NCBI GenBank assembly: GCA_035507575.1
Contig: DATJNY010000019.1
Coordinates: forward strand, 17,681-81,680
Origin: Thermoplasmata archaeon
GTDB lineage: Archaea; Thermoplasmatota; Thermoplasmata; Lutacidiplasmatales; UBA184
Reading direction: 5' to 3'
DNA: 64,000 bases
Part shown: one piece after another, positions 1-10,351 of the stretch
Layout of the letters: every line of letters begins with the position of its first letter
Position numbering within the stretch: position 1 is the first letter of the stretch
The notes under the pieces: model-generated
Databases searched by the model: none
The model's input: only the letters and a program-made list of their open reading frames with translations
Told to the model about the DNA's origin: nothing
Position numbers and translations under genes: made by a program

Positions 1-519
1 TGGCCGTACTACGTGCGGCTGGTGCGCGGAGAGGTCCTGGCCGTGAAGCACCTCCCGTACGTCACCGCGGCCCGGGCCGCCGGCGTGACGGAGAACCGGA
101 TCCTGCTCCGCCACGTGCTCCGGAACGTCACGGAGCCGCTCGTCGTCTACTTCACGCTCGACATCGGCACCGTGCTCGTCACCTACTCGACGATCGCGTA
201 CATCGGCGTCGCGTCGAAGTACCCGGGACCCCAGCCCGAGTGGGGGGCGATGCTCGCGTTCTACCAGAACTCCGCGCCGATCAGCACGTACCCGTGGCTC
301 GTCCTCGCCCCCGGCGCGGCGGTGTTCGTCACGGTGATCGCGTTCAGCCTGCTCGGGGACGGGCTCCGGGACATCCTCGATCCGAGGACCCGGCGCGCGT
401 TCGTCCGGGGGACGTCGACCCACGACCCGCCGCCCGAGACGCCCGCGCCCGGACCCGCGGCGGTCGCCCCGGTCCCCGAGGGCGGGATCGGGAGTCCGGA
501 GCCCGGAGGGGGGGCGTGA
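1..519 (+). CDS. ABC transporter permease, OppC/DppC-like, C-terminal fragment (5' end lies outside the window)
   Basis: Frame 1 is open from base 1. The hydrophobic C-terminal region with a Pro-rich tail is typical of peptide/nickel ABC permeases. Its stop overlaps the next start as GTGA. Confidence 0.75.
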   Translation, partial: WPYYVRLVRGEVLAVKHLPYVTAARAAGVTENRILLRHVLRNVTEPLVVYFTLDIGTVLVTYSTIAYIGVASKYPGPQPEWGAMLAFYQNSAPISTYPWLVLAPGAAVFVTVIAFSLLGDGLRDILDPRTRRAFVRGTSTHDPPPETPAPGPAAVAPVPEGGIGSPEPGGGA

Positions 520-1673
520 CCGATCCCGTCCTCGTGGTGAAGGACCTCGCGGTGACGTACACCGTCGGCGCCGGGACGTTCTTCGCCGTCTCGGACGTTT
601 CCCTCGAGATCGAGCCCGGGAAGGTCATCGGCATCGTCGGGGAGACCGGCTGCGGGAAGAGCACGCTCGCGAAGGCGATCCCCCGCCTCCTCCCCGAGCC
701 CCCCGCGACGATCGGCTCCGGCACGATCGTCTTCCGCGGCACGGACCTCGTGCGGGTGCCGAAGCGCCAGCTCCCGATGGTCCGCGGGACGGGCATCGGG
801 ATGATCTTCCAGGAGCCGCTCAACTCCCTCAACCCGGCGTTCCGGGTCTTCGACCAGCTCGCGGAGGCGATCCGGATCCGCCACTATCGCGAGATGGGCT
901 GGGTGCGTTCGTTCCAGGGCGGCGCCCAGCCGTTCGACTACTCGAAGCCGCCGAACACGACGACCGTCGCGAGCGTGCTCTCGAAACCGATCGTGCCGGG
1001 CGGGGCCGCCGAGGAAGCGGTGCACGACCGCCTCGCGACCCGCTCGCAGTTCCGGGAGGAGGTCCTCTCCTACCTGCGGCTCGTCCGGATCAACGACCCC
1101 GAGACGATCCTGAACCTGTTCCCGCACGAGCTGTCCGGCGGGATGCGCCAGCGGGTGATGATCGCCATGGCCCTGAGCGAGAAGCCCTCGCTCCTGATCG
1201 CCGACGAACCGACGAGCGCGCTCGACGTGACGATCCAGGCGCAGGTCCTCACGCTGATGAAGGAGTTGATCGACGAGGTCCACGCCGCGATCCTGTTCAT
1301 CAGCCACGACCTCGGGGTGATCGCGGAGACCGCCGACGAGATCGGGGTGATGTACGCGGGCCGGATCGTCGAGTACGGCCCCGTCGCCGAGGTGTTCCGC
1401 GACCCGCGCCACCCGTACACCAAGGCGCTGCTCAAGGCCGCGCCCGCCCACTACAAGTCCGACGGGCCGCTCAGCTCGATCCCCGGCGCCGTCCCGAACC
1501 TCTCCCGACCGCCGTCCGGCTGCCGGTTCCACCCGCGCTGCACGCTCGCCCGCGACGTCTGCAAGGGCGTGTCGCCGCCCCTCGCGCCGGTCGACCCGGC
1601 GGCGCCGGCGGACTCGATGCACATCCACCGCAGCGCGTGCTACTTCCAAGCGGAGGTGCCAGGTCTGCCGTGA
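516..1673 (+). CDS. Oligopeptide/dipeptide ABC transporter ATP-binding protein (OppD/DppD-like)
   Basis: An in-frame GTG at 516 overlaps the upstream stop. Walker [10 protein letters not shown], signature LSGGMRQR, Walker [13 protein letters not shown] and the C-terminal oligopeptide-ABC motif RHPYTKALL are present. The N-terminal part of the 240..1673 ORF is Arg-rich junk. Confidence 0.85.
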   Translation: MTDPVLVVKDLAVTYTVGAGTFFAVSDVSLEIEPGKVIGIVGETGCGKSTLAKAIPRLLPEPPATIGSGTIVFRGTDLVRVPKRQLPMVRGTGIGMIFQEPLNSLNPAFRVFDQLAEAIRIRHYREMGWVRSFQGGAQPFDYSKPPNTTTVASVLSKPIVPGGAAEEAVHDRLATRSQFREEVLSYLRLVRINDPETILNLFPHELSGGMRQRVMIAMALSEKPSLLIADEPTSALDVTIQAQVLTLMKELIDEVHAAILFISHDLGVIAETADEIGVMYAGRIVEYGPVAEVFRDPRHPYTKALLKAAPAHYKSDGPLSSIPGAVPNLSRPPSGCRFHPRCTLARDVCKGVSPPLAPVDPAAPADSMHIHRSACYFQAEVPGLP

Positions 1674-2749
1674 GCGCCTCCGCCCCGCCGCTCCTGGAGA
1701 CCGAGCAGCTCGAGAAGTGGTTCCCGCTCACCCGCAGCCTCACCGACACGTTCCGACGCGCGAAGACGCGCTCGGTCCACGCGGTCGACGTCGTCTCCCT
1801 CTCCGTCGGCGCGGGCGAAACGCTCGGGTTGATCGGCGAGTCCGGCTCGGGGAAGACGACGTTCGGATGGTTGATCGCCCGGTTGCACGAACCGACGGGC
1901 GGGGCGATCCGGTTCGACGGCCGAGAGATCACCCACCTCCGGGGGGAGGCGCTGCGCGCCTGGCGCCGCAACGTCCAGATCGTCTTCCAGGACCCGGTCG
2001 GGTCGCTCGATCCGCGCCTCCGGGTCTGGCAGATCGTCGGCGAGCCGATCCGGGCCCAGACGGGCGTCGCCGGCGCGGCGCTCCGCGCCCGGGTGCGCGA
2101 TCTCCTCCCGGACGTCGGCCTCCCGCCGGACTGCATCGACCAGTATCCCCACGAGTTCTCGGGCGGCGGCCGCCAGCGCCTGTCGATGGCCCGGGCACTC
2201 TCGGTGAGCCCGCGGCTGATCGTCCTCGATGAGCCGACGAGCGCGCTCGACGTCGCGGTCCAGGCCCAGATCCTGAACCGGCTCGTCACCCTGCAGCGGG
2301 AGCGGGGCCTCTCCTACGTGCTGATCACGCACAACGTCGCGGCGGTCCGGTTCGTCGCGGACCGGGTCGCGGTGATGTACCTCGGGCGCCTCGTCGAGGT
2401 CGGCGGGGTCCACGAGGTGCTCGAGCACCCCGTCCACCCGTACACGAAGGCGCTGCTCGCCGCGGTGCCGTTCCCCGATCCGAGCCGCCGCCGCACCCGC
2501 TACCGGATCGGCGGGGACATCCCGTCGCTCGTCGACCCGAAGCCGGGGTGCCGGTTCGCCCCGCGCTGCCCGTTCGTGATCCCGCGGTGCCGCGTCGAGG
2601 ACCCGCCGCTCGCCCCGGTGGCGGGCGCCGGCGGGGTGCGCCTCGTCGCGTGCCACCGCGCGGAGGAGGTCAAGGAGATCGCTCCCGAGAGCCTCCTCGC
2701 CACCGCCCCCGCGACCCCGGCCGCCCCCCCCGAGCCCGTGACGGGCTAG
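1670..2749 (+). CDS. Oligopeptide/dipeptide ABC transporter ATP-binding protein (OppF/DppF-like)
   Basis: GTG at 1670 overlaps the upstream TGA (GTGA coupling). Walker A GESGSGKTT, signature FSGGGRQR, Walker [13 protein letters not shown] and C-terminal HPYTKALL are present. Confidence 0.85.
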   Translation: MSASAPPLLETEQLEKWFPLTRSLTDTFRRAKTRSVHAVDVVSLSVGAGETLGLIGESGSGKTTFGWLIARLHEPTGGAIRFDGREITHLRGEALRAWRRNVQIVFQDPVGSLDPRLRVWQIVGEPIRAQTGVAGAALRARVRDLLPDVGLPPDCIDQYPHEFSGGGRQRLSMARALSVSPRLIVLDEPTSALDVAVQAQILNRLVTLQRERGLSYVLITHNVAAVRFVADRVAVMYLGRLVEVGGVHEVLEHPVHPYTKALLAAVPFPDPSRRRTRYRIGGDIPSLVDPKPGCRFAPRCPFVIPRCRVEDPPLAPVAGAGGVRLVACHRAEEVKEIAPESLLATAPATPAAPPEPVTG

Positions 2750-2777
2750 CGCCGCGCGCCTCGGCGAAGGCGTCCCG

Positions 2778-4709
2778 TCAGCTCAACCACTGCGTGTTGA
2801 AGCCGATCGCGAACGGCTCGGCGCTCGCCATCGGATTGAAGATGTAGCCGTGGAGGTTCGTCGTGAAGACCGCGAACGACGTCGGCACCACGAGCCAGAT
2901 CTCGGTGTAGTTGTCGTAGAGCGTCTGGGTCATGTTCGTGTAGTATGCGGTGAGGTCGGCGGGGTTCGAGTCGCTCGCCGCATTGTACACCCAGTCGTCG
3001 TATGTCGCGTTGTACGCGGCGGAGGCGCCCGAGTTGAAACCGGCCATGCACTCGTTGGCGCTCCCGGTGCTCACGAAGTCGTTCTGGGTCCAGTCGTCCG
3101 GCGAGATGTAGTCGGACGTGTAGAACTCCTGACCCATGTAGAACGGCCCGCCGTTCGCGCTCGTCGACGAGACGCACGCCCCGTTCGAGTCGAGACCCTG
3201 CTCCTCGTAGAGCTCGTCGAGGCTCACGCCGACCGGGTTGATCGTGATCCCGATCTTCGCGAGGTCCTGCTCGAGGAACTGCGCCGTATCGGCCCAATCG
3301 GCCCCGACGTTGAGGTACATGTAATTGATCGAGGTGCCGGCGCACGCGTTCGCGGCGCACGGCGAGTCGGCGATCTCCTGCTGGGCGAGCGTCAGGTTGT
3401 AGCTGTAGTACGGCTCGTCCGCGGTGACGTTGTTGTTGTACGGATACGACGGGGGCACCGGCCCGACCCACTGGGAGGCGTAGCCGCCGAACGCCTGGGC
3501 GATGATCTGCTGGTAGTCGATCGCGTGCGTGATCGCCTCCCGGACGGAGAGATTGTTGAACGGATAGACGGACTGGTTCAGGAAGATCCACCAGGAGCCG
3601 CTCGTCGCGCCGTAGACGATCGGCAGGGGATCGACGACGACGTTCGAGAATCCCTGGAGCTGCTGGATCGTGGACGGTCCCACGTAGGCAAAGGAGGCGC
3701 CCTGGACCTGGCCGGTCTTCAGGTCGTTGACGGTGATGTCGATCGTGTCCTGGAAGATGATCTCGACCGAGGTGTTCGCTGGCGCGACGTTGTTGTTCCA
3801 CGGCTGGGTCGCGTACGCGCTCGCGCCCCAGTACTTCGGGTTCGGCGTGAGCGTGTAGCCGCCGCCGCCGACCCCGTTGTAGCCGTTCAGGACGTACGGC
3901 CCCGTACCCATCGTGTTGGTGGCCGCGTAGTCGTTCACGTTCCCTTCGACGACCCCTCCGTTCGCGTCGATCCAGACCGGATCGACCGCGTAGGAGTTCG
4001 GCGCGGAGATCGACGCGAGGAGGTACGTGTAGTTCGAATCCAGGTATCCGTATCCGAGGTTCAAGGCGATCGACTCGTTGGTGAGGACCTGGAACGACTG
4101 GTTCGGCTCGGACATCGCCTGGATCTCGGCGACGGTCGGCGTGTCGAAGTTCCAGCTGTTGAGGTCGTTCACGAGCGTCGCGTTCGCGCTCTGGATGTCC
4201 GTCAGGTTCGAGTAGTACGACAGCGGGTTCGACGGGTCGAAGTTCGTCGAGTAGAAGTTCTGCTCGAGGATGAACTGCGGACCCTGGGCGAGCAGCAGGC
4301 TGCGATAGAGGCTGTACCACTGGACGTAGGCGTTGTACGGGTCCCCGTTCGAGAAGACCACGCCCGGGCGGAGCTCGAAGGTGTACGTCTCAAAGCCCGT
4401 GTTCGGGTTGTACGAGATAGTGCCGTTGTTCGTCGCAAGGACGCCGGTGAAGCCCGTCACCTGCGACCCGTTGTAGTTCACGAGTCCCTGGTAGACCTGC
4501 TGGACCGCGGCCCACCCCGGCGTGGAGAACGTGACGGCGGGGTCGAGCGAGTCGGGGATCTCGGCCTGGTCGATGCAGATGTACGCGGTCTGGTTCGGAC
4601 CGCAGTTCGACGTCGTCGAATGCTTCAGCGCGAAGTACGCGCCGATCCCGGCCACGATGACGATCACCACGACCGCGATAACGATGATATTGCGCGTTTG
4701 CGGCTTCAT
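2778..4709 (-). CDS. ABC transporter substrate-binding protein, family 5 (peptide/nickel type), N-terminal membrane anchor
   Basis: 643 aa with an N-terminal TM helix (IIVIAVVVIVIVAGIGAYFAL) followed by a Ser/Thr/Asn-rich region with many N-X-S/T sequons. Overall composition is typical of archaeal extracellular family-5 binding proteins. It is convergent with the opp ATPases. Confidence 0.7.
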   Translation of the reverse strand: MKPQTRNIIVIAVVVIVIVAGIGAYFALKHSTTSNCGPNQTAYICIDQAEIPDSLDPAVTFSTPGWAAVQQVYQGLVNYNGSQVTGFTGVLATNNGTISYNPNTGFETYTFELRPGVVFSNGDPYNAYVQWYSLYRSLLLAQGPQFILEQNFYSTNFDPSNPLSYYSNLTDIQSANATLVNDLNSWNFDTPTVAEIQAMSEPNQSFQVLTNESIALNLGYGYLDSNYTYLLASISAPNSYAVDPVWIDANGGVVEGNVNDYAATNTMGTGPYVLNGYNGVGGGGYTLTPNPKYWGASAYATQPWNNNVAPANTSVEIIFQDTIDITVNDLKTGQVQGASFAYVGPSTIQQLQGFSNVVVDPLPIVYGATSGSWWIFLNQSVYPFNNLSVREAITHAIDYQQIIAQAFGGYASQWVGPVPPSYPYNNNVTADEPYYSYNLTLAQQEIADSPCAANACAGTSINYMYLNVGADWADTAQFLEQDLAKIGITINPVGVSLDELYEEQGLDSNGACVSSTSANGGPFYMGQEFYTSDYISPDDWTQNDFVSTGSANECMAGFNSGASAAYNATYDDWVYNAASDSNPADLTAYYTNMTQTLYDNYTEIWLVVPTSFAVFTTNLHGYIFNPMASAEPFAIGFNTQWLS

Positions 4710-4811
4710 AATCCGGGGCTCTTGCGGAGCCGGTCGCGGGACCGGCGACCCCCTTGATAAGGTATGCCATGGGGGGTTTTTCCGCCGAGAACTCTGGTCG
4801 GCGACGCCAGC

Positions 4812-4819
4812 CTATTTAG
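4812..4819 (+). promoter_or_regulatory. TATA-box-like element (CTATTTAG), about 30 bp upstream of the ALDH start
   Basis: An AT-rich octamer in an otherwise GC-rich spacer, centred about 30 nt before ATG 4853. This fits an archaeal leaderless promoter. Confidence 0.4.
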
Positions 4820-4852
4820 ACGCGCGGAACTCGCGGGTCGACGGGGCCGAGC

Positions 4853-6346
4853 ATGACGGTCAAGATGCTGATCGGGGGCGAGTGGGTCGCCGCGCACGGC
4901 GAGGCGACGACGCCCGTCGCGAGCCCGTTCGACGGGGCGAAGCTGGAGGAGGTCCCCCGCGGGACGCGGGAGGACGCCCGGCATGCGATCGACGCGGCGC
5001 GCGAGGCGTTCGACCGGGGCCCGTGGCCCCGGCTCCCCCCGCGGGCGCGCGGCGAGGTGTTCCTGAAGGCCGCGCAGATCCTGACCGCGCGGCTCCCGCA
5101 GCTCGCCGAGCTCGAGTCGCGCAACCAGGGCAAGACGATCAAGCAGGCGCTGGACGCCGACCTTCCCTTCTCCGTCGATAATCTGATCTTCTACGCCGGC
5201 GCCGGCCGCACCCTGGAGGCGAAGAGCCCGGGGGAGTTCACTGGCGAGGGCACGACGATCCTCCGTCGGGAACCGATCGGCGTCGTGGCGTCGATCACCC
5301 CGTGGAACTACCCGTTCATGATGGCCGTTTGGAAGATCGGGCCCGCGCTCATCACCGGTAACACGGTGGTCCTCAAGCCGGCGAGCTGGACCCCGCTCAC
5401 GACCCTCGAGCTCGGCCGGGCGTTCCAGGAAGCCGGCGTCCCGGCGGGAGCGCTCAACGTGGTCACGGGCCCCGGGGACGAGGTCGGGGACGAGCTCTCC
5501 CGCAATGCGAAGGTCGATCTCGTCTCGCTGACCGGCGACACCGCGACGGGGCGGAAGATCATGGAGGCGGCGAGCCACACCGTGAAGCGCGTCCAGCTCG
5601 AGCTCGGCGGCAAGGCCCCGTTCGTCGTCTTCGAGGACGCCGACCTCGCCGCGGCGGTCGAAGGGGCGATCGTCGCCGGCTTCGTGAACGGCGGCCAGGA
5701 CTGCACCGCGGCGACGCGCCTCATCGTCCACGAGAAGGTGCGCGACCCGTTCGTCCGACGGCTCCTCGAGCGCGTGGCGACGATCCGGATGGGGGATCCC
5801 CTCTCCCGATCGACCGATCTCGGCCCGCTCGTCCACGTGACGCACCAGCAGCGGGTCCTGCACTTCGTCGAGCAGGGCCAGGAGGAAGGCGCGAAGCTCG
5901 TCGCGGGCAGCCCCGAGGCGCCGAAGGAGCTCCCGCACGGCGCGTTCGTGCGCCCAACGATCTTCGACGCCGTCGCGCCCGACATGGCGATCGCGCAGAA
6001 GGAGGTGTTCGGGCCGGTGCTCGACGTCCTCACGTTCGGCTCGTTCGACGAGGCGATCCAGATCGCGAACGGGGTCGAGTACGGCCTCGCAGGGAGCGTC
6101 TGGACGAACGATCTCCGCACGGCGATCCGCGCGTCGAACGCGTTGCGGTTCGGGGACGTCTGGATCAACGATCACCTCCCGCTCGGCTCGGAGACGCCGC
6201 ACGGGGGATTCAAGCAGTCCGGCTTCGGCAAGGACCTCGGCACGGACTCGCTGCTCGACTACACCGCGATCAAGAACATCTACATCGACCTCACGGGGCA
6301 GGCCCGCAAGGGGTGGCACTACCTCACCTACGGCGATCCGGCCTGA
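4853..6346 (+). CDS. NAD(P)-dependent aldehyde dehydrogenase
   Basis: 497 aa. The ALDH family signature region (VTGPGDEVGDELS...ELGGKAPFVVFEDAD...) and the catalytic Cys region (GQDCTAATR) are present. Confidence 0.9.
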   Translation: MTVKMLIGGEWVAAHGEATTPVASPFDGAKLEEVPRGTREDARHAIDAAREAFDRGPWPRLPPRARGEVFLKAAQILTARLPQLAELESRNQGKTIKQALDADLPFSVDNLIFYAGAGRTLEAKSPGEFTGEGTTILRREPIGVVASITPWNYPFMMAVWKIGPALITGNTVVLKPASWTPLTTLELGRAFQEAGVPAGALNVVTGPGDEVGDELSRNAKVDLVSLTGDTATGRKIMEAASHTVKRVQLELGGKAPFVVFEDADLAAAVEGAIVAGFVNGGQDCTAATRLIVHEKVRDPFVRRLLERVATIRMGDPLSRSTDLGPLVHVTHQQRVLHFVEQGQEEGAKLVAGSPEAPKELPHGAFVRPTIFDAVAPDMAIAQKEVFGPVLDVLTFGSFDEAIQIANGVEYGLAGSVWTNDLRTAIRASNALRFGDVWINDHLPLGSETPHGGFKQSGFGKDLGTDSLLDYTAIKNIYIDLTGQARKGWHYLTYGDPA

Positions 6347-6354
6347 GGGGACCC

Positions 6355-7839
6355 GTGGCGGACGGCATCCCGGCGAGCGGCAAGGGCGCCCTCCTGATCG
6401 GAGGGGCGTGGCGGGCGCCGTCCGCGCAGCAGTACGCCTCGGTCCACGACCCGTCGACGGGGCGGGTGGTCGGCGAGGCGCCGATCGCCTCGGCGGACGA
6501 GGCGCGCGCCGCGGTCGACGCCGCCGCCGAGGCGGAGGAACGGTGGGCCGAGGTGCCGGGCCACGAACGGGCGCGGATCCTGCGCGCCGCCGCGGCGCGC
6601 CTCGAGGCCGACCGCGAGACGATGGCGCGACTGATCGCTGTCGAGGTCGGAAAGCCGATCACCGACGCCCGGATCGAGGCCGACCGAGCGGCCGGGGTGT
6701 TCCGCCTCGCCGCAGAGGAGATCCGGCATCTGGGCGGCGAGAGTTTCCCGGCCGACGCCTACGAGCGGCCCGCGGGCAACGAGCACCGGTTCCTGTTCAC
6801 GGTCCGGGACCCGATCGGGGTCGTGGTCGCGATCGGTCCGTTTAACTTTCCCCTGAACCTGCTCGCGCACAAGGTCGCGCCGGCGCTCGCGGCCGGCAAT
6901 CCCGTCGTCGCGAAGCCGACGTCGGCGGCGCCGTTCACGGCCCTGCGCCTGGCGGAGCATCTCGTCGCAGCCGGGGTGCTCCCCGGCGCGCTCAACGTCG
7001 TCGTGGGGCCCGGAGGCACGGTCGGCGACGCCCTCGTCGAACACCCGCGGACCCGGCTCGTAACGTTCACCGGGTCGACGGAGGTCGGCAAGGCGCTCGC
7101 GGGGAAGGCGGGGCGCCTCGCGAAACGGGTCATCCTGGAGATGGGGGGCCTCGACCCGTTCGTGGTCCTCGAGGACGCGCCGCTCGAGTCGACGGTCCAG
7201 GCGGCCGCGCGGGGGGTCTTCGCGTATTCCGGCCAGGTGTGCACCGCTTCGAAGCGGTTTCTCGTGCAGGACGGCATCGCGGACGCGTTCGCGGAGCGGC
7301 TCGCGGAACGGGCCCGCGCCCTGCGCGTCGGGCCGGCGCTCGAGGAGACGACCGAGGTCGGGCCCCTCATCGATGCGCAGGCCGTCGCGCGGATGGAGGA
7401 GCTCGTCGACGACGCCCGGGCGCGCTCCGCCCAGGTCCGGGCGGGCGGGCGCCGGCCGCCGGAGCGGACGGAGGGGAATTTCTACGCACCGACGGTCCTG
7501 GACGCTGTGCCCGAGTCGGCCCGGGTCCTCCACGAGGAGCCGTTCGGGCCGATCGCCCCGGTGGTCCGGTTCCACGACCTCGATGACGCGGTGCGGATCG
7601 CCAACGCGACGCCGTACGGATTGCAGGCCGCGGTCTACACGCGCGATCTCGCCCGCGGTTTCGCGCTGGCGAAGCGGATCCGCGCGGGCGGGGTGCACCT
7701 CAACGATCCGACGAACCTGCGTTGGGACGCCCTGCCGTTCGGGGGCGTCCGGGAGAGCGGCCTCGGCCGGGAAGGGCTGCGGTACGCGATGCGGGAGATG
7801 ACCGAGGTGAAGCTGATCTCGGTCAACTACGGCGGCTGA
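6355..7839 (+). CDS. Aldehyde dehydrogenase family protein (second paralog)
   Basis: ALDH motifs are present (GKPITDAR, ELGGKS-like EMGGLDPFVV, catalytic GQVCTASKR). I prefer the GTG at 6355, just after the upstream stop; the ORF track begins at 6313, inside the upstream gene. Confidence 0.85.
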   Translation: MADGIPASGKGALLIGGAWRAPSAQQYASVHDPSTGRVVGEAPIASADEARAAVDAAAEAEERWAEVPGHERARILRAAAARLEADRETMARLIAVEVGKPITDARIEADRAAGVFRLAAEEIRHLGGESFPADAYERPAGNEHRFLFTVRDPIGVVVAIGPFNFPLNLLAHKVAPALAAGNPVVAKPTSAAPFTALRLAEHLVAAGVLPGALNVVVGPGGTVGDALVEHPRTRLVTFTGSTEVGKALAGKAGRLAKRVILEMGGLDPFVVLEDAPLESTVQAAARGVFAYSGQVCTASKRFLVQDGIADAFAERLAERARALRVGPALEETTEVGPLIDAQAVARMEELVDDARARSAQVRAGGRRPPERTEGNFYAPTVLDAVPESARVLHEEPFGPIAPVVRFHDLDDAVRIANATPYGLQAAVYTRDLARGFALAKRIRAGGVHLNDPTNLRWDALPFGGVRESGLGREGLRYAMREMTEVKLISVNYGG

Positions 7840-7845
7840 GACGGC

Positions 7846-9347
7846 TCACGACGGCTCGGCGTCCGGGAACGTCCGGCCCGGCACGGGCGGGACGACGGGC
7901 CCGGGCAGACCGGGCGCCGGCAGGCGGGGTTCGGCGAGTCCGGTAAGCCCCGGCGCAGTCGGCCGGCTGCCGCGGGCGTGGGGGATCGGCTCGAGGCTAT
8001 CGAGCGCGTCCTCGAACGCGGCGAGCCCGCGCTCCAGGAGCTCGTCCTCGATGGTGAGCGGCGCCATGAACCGCAGCGCCTGGTCCCAGGCGCCGGCGGT
8101 GTGCATCAGCACCCCCCGGGCGAACAGCGCCGAGCGCATCGCCTTCGCGCGATCGCCCCACGGCGCGCGCGAGGCCGCGTCCCGGATGAACTCGACCCCG
8201 ATCATGAACCCCTTTCCCCGGACGTCGCCGATCGCGGGATGCGCCGACGCCATGCCGCGGAACCGCTCGACGAGCGCCGCGCCCCGATGGCGCGTCCGTT
8301 CCAGGAGGTCGCCCTCCCGGAGCACCTTCAGGACCTCGGTCCCGACGGCGAGGGCGAGCGGGTTGCCGCGATACGTTCCGATGTGGAACCCGCGCGGGAG
8401 CTCCTTCACGAGATCGGATCGGTAGGCGACCATCGAGACCGGGATCCCGCCCCCGATCGTCTTCGCGATGCAGAGCAGGTCCGGCGTCACCCCGGCGTGC
8501 TCGACCCCCCACATCCGGCCGGTCCGGCCGAGTCCCGTCTGGACCTCGTCCGCGATCAGGAGGATGCTGTGGCGGTCGCAGAACTCCCGGAGCGCCGGCA
8601 GGAAGTCGTCCGGGGGGACGACGTACCCCCCCTCGCCGAGGATCGGCTCGACGAGCACCGCGGAGACGGCGTCGATCCCCGACGCGGGATCGCTCACGAG
8701 GTGCTCCAGGTACGCGATCGTGCCGGCCGCCCCCTCCTCCGCCCCGAGAACGGGCCGGTAGGGGTCCGGGAACGGCACGCGCACGACACTCCCCCCGCCG
8801 AACGCGGACGTGGCGTGGTACCGTCGGGCGCTCGTCAGCCCCACGACGCCGCCGTGGACGCCGTGGTAGGCGCCCGAGAACGCCACCGTTCCGTGCTTCC
8901 CCTGGGCGAAGTCGGCGAGCGACACGGCGGTCTCGACCGCATCGCCGCCGGTGACGGTGAACAGGACCCGCGCGTGGTGGCGCAGGGAGCCGGGCAGCGC
9001 GTCCTGGAGCTCCTTGAGGAATGCGATCCGGACCTCGGTCGGGAGCTCGAGCGCGTGCCAAATCCGCTCCGATTGGGCCTGCATCGCCGCGACGAGGCGG
9101 GGATGGCGATGACCGAGATTGAGGACCGAGATGCCGGCGACCCAGTCGAGGTACCGGTTCCCGTCGACATCCTCGATCGTCGAGCCCTGCGCGCGGGCCG
9201 GCGCCATCGGAAAGTAGTGCGGATAGCCGATCGCGTCGGTCTCCCAGCGCCCCTGCGACTCGAGGAGCCGCCGCGAGTTCGGGCCGGGCGGAGGGACGAC
9301 GATCCGGGGCGCGTCCGGGTAGCTCAACCACGTGGAGCGATCCGTCA
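7846..9347 (-). CDS. Class III (omega) aminotransferase, PLP-dependent
   Basis: AT-III fold motifs are present (GNRYLDW..., DEVQTG, the PLP-lysine region CIAKTIGGG). I prefer the start at GTG 9347 (VTDRSTWLSYPDAPRIV...). The extension to 9618 is Arg-rich and overlaps the divergent amidohydrolase. Confidence 0.8.
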
Positions 9348-9443
9348 CGGCGCCCTCGCCCCGAGCACCGGCGTTCGCCCATATAACGGAGGACGCGGCG
9401 CCGGCCCGGGCAATTTTATCGACCCAAGTCGTCCCGTGCGACG

Positions 9444-10304
9444 ATGGCGGGTGCGAGCGAACCCCGGATCGACACCCACCTGCACCTGACGCGCTGGTGG
9501 CCGGACCTGGCCGGGACCGCCTATCGCGCGGACCTCGAGTACAACTCCGCGGGGCTGCTCGACGAGATGACCGCCGCCGGCATCGACTACGGGCTCGTGA
9601 TCCAGATCCACGAGGCACCGAGCGTCGAGGAAGCGCTCGAGGAGAGCCAGACGCTCGCGGCGGCGAGCGGAGGGCGGCTTCGCCCCGTCGTGACCGTCGA
9701 TCCGACCCGGGGCGAGGGCGCGGTCGCGGAAGCGCTCGCGCTCTGGGAGTCGGACCCCGCCATCGCCGGGGTCAAGCTGTTCCCGGGCTACCTGCCGTTC
9801 TACCCGCACGACCCTCGGGTCGACCCGATCTACGAGTTCGCGGGACGGCGCCGGCTCCCCGTCCTGATCCACCAAGGGGACACGCTCGACCGGAAGGGTC
9901 GGATCAAATTCGCCCGCCCGATCGAAGTGGACGAGGTCGCGGTCCGCTACCCGGACGTCCGCTTCGTGCTCTGCCACTTCGGCAACCCGTGGATCGACGA
10001 AGCGGCGGAACTCGTGTACAAGAACGAGAACGTCTACGCCGATACCTCGGGGCTGCTCGCGCATCCGTCCGCCCCCTACTTCGACCGGATGGTGGAGGAG
10101 TGCCGGGCGCGCATCGGACGCGCGATCCTGTCGATCGGCGCCGCCGACCGGATCCTGTACGGCTCGGACTGGCCGCTCGAGGAGCTGTGCCTCGCGGTCG
10201 ATCTCGTCGCTCGTCTCGATCTCCCGGCGGAGGACCGGGCGAAGATCCTCGGCGGGAACGCGGCCCGCCTGTTCGGCTTCCCGCGCCGGTCCGGGTCGTC
10301 ATAA
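9444..10304 (+). CDS. Amidohydrolase-2 family metal-dependent hydrolase (TIM barrel)
   Basis: N-terminal IDTHLHL metal-binding motif and a later HxH/D pattern (VLCHFGNPWIDEAAEL, YGSDWP). Confidence 0.8.
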   Translation: MAGASEPRIDTHLHLTRWWPDLAGTAYRADLEYNSAGLLDEMTAAGIDYGLVIQIHEAPSVEEALEESQTLAAASGGRLRPVVTVDPTRGEGAVAEALALWESDPAIAGVKLFPGYLPFYPHDPRVDPIYEFAGRRRLPVLIHQGDTLDRKGRIKFARPIEVDEVAVRYPDVRFVLCHFGNPWIDEAAELVYKNENVYADTSGLLAHPSAPYFDRMVEECRARIGRAILSIGAADRILYGSDWPLEELCLAVDLVARLDLPAEDRAKILGGNAARLFGFPRRSGSS

Positions 10305-10351
10305 CCCGGACGCCTCTCGGGGGGCGGTTCCGGACGGGGCCGGGGGACGTC

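Noticed and set aside
261-4757. Long ORFs antisense to, or frame-shifted against, the opp ATPase and binding-protein genes (261..1649-, 1471..2289-, 1640..2656-, 2746..4320-, 2850..4757+ and others)
   Set aside because: They are Arg/Pro/Gly/Asp-rich low-complexity translations, as expected from a third-position-GC-rich coding strand read in other frames. They have no motifs and overlap well-supported genes.
9332-10351. N-terminal 340-aa extension of the 9332..11698 ORF, and the 7846..9618 extension of the aminotransferase
   Set aside because: The extensions are Arg/Pro-rich and overlap the amidohydrolase gene, which has clear motifs. Conserved aminotransferase N-termini begin at 10352 and 9347 respectively.
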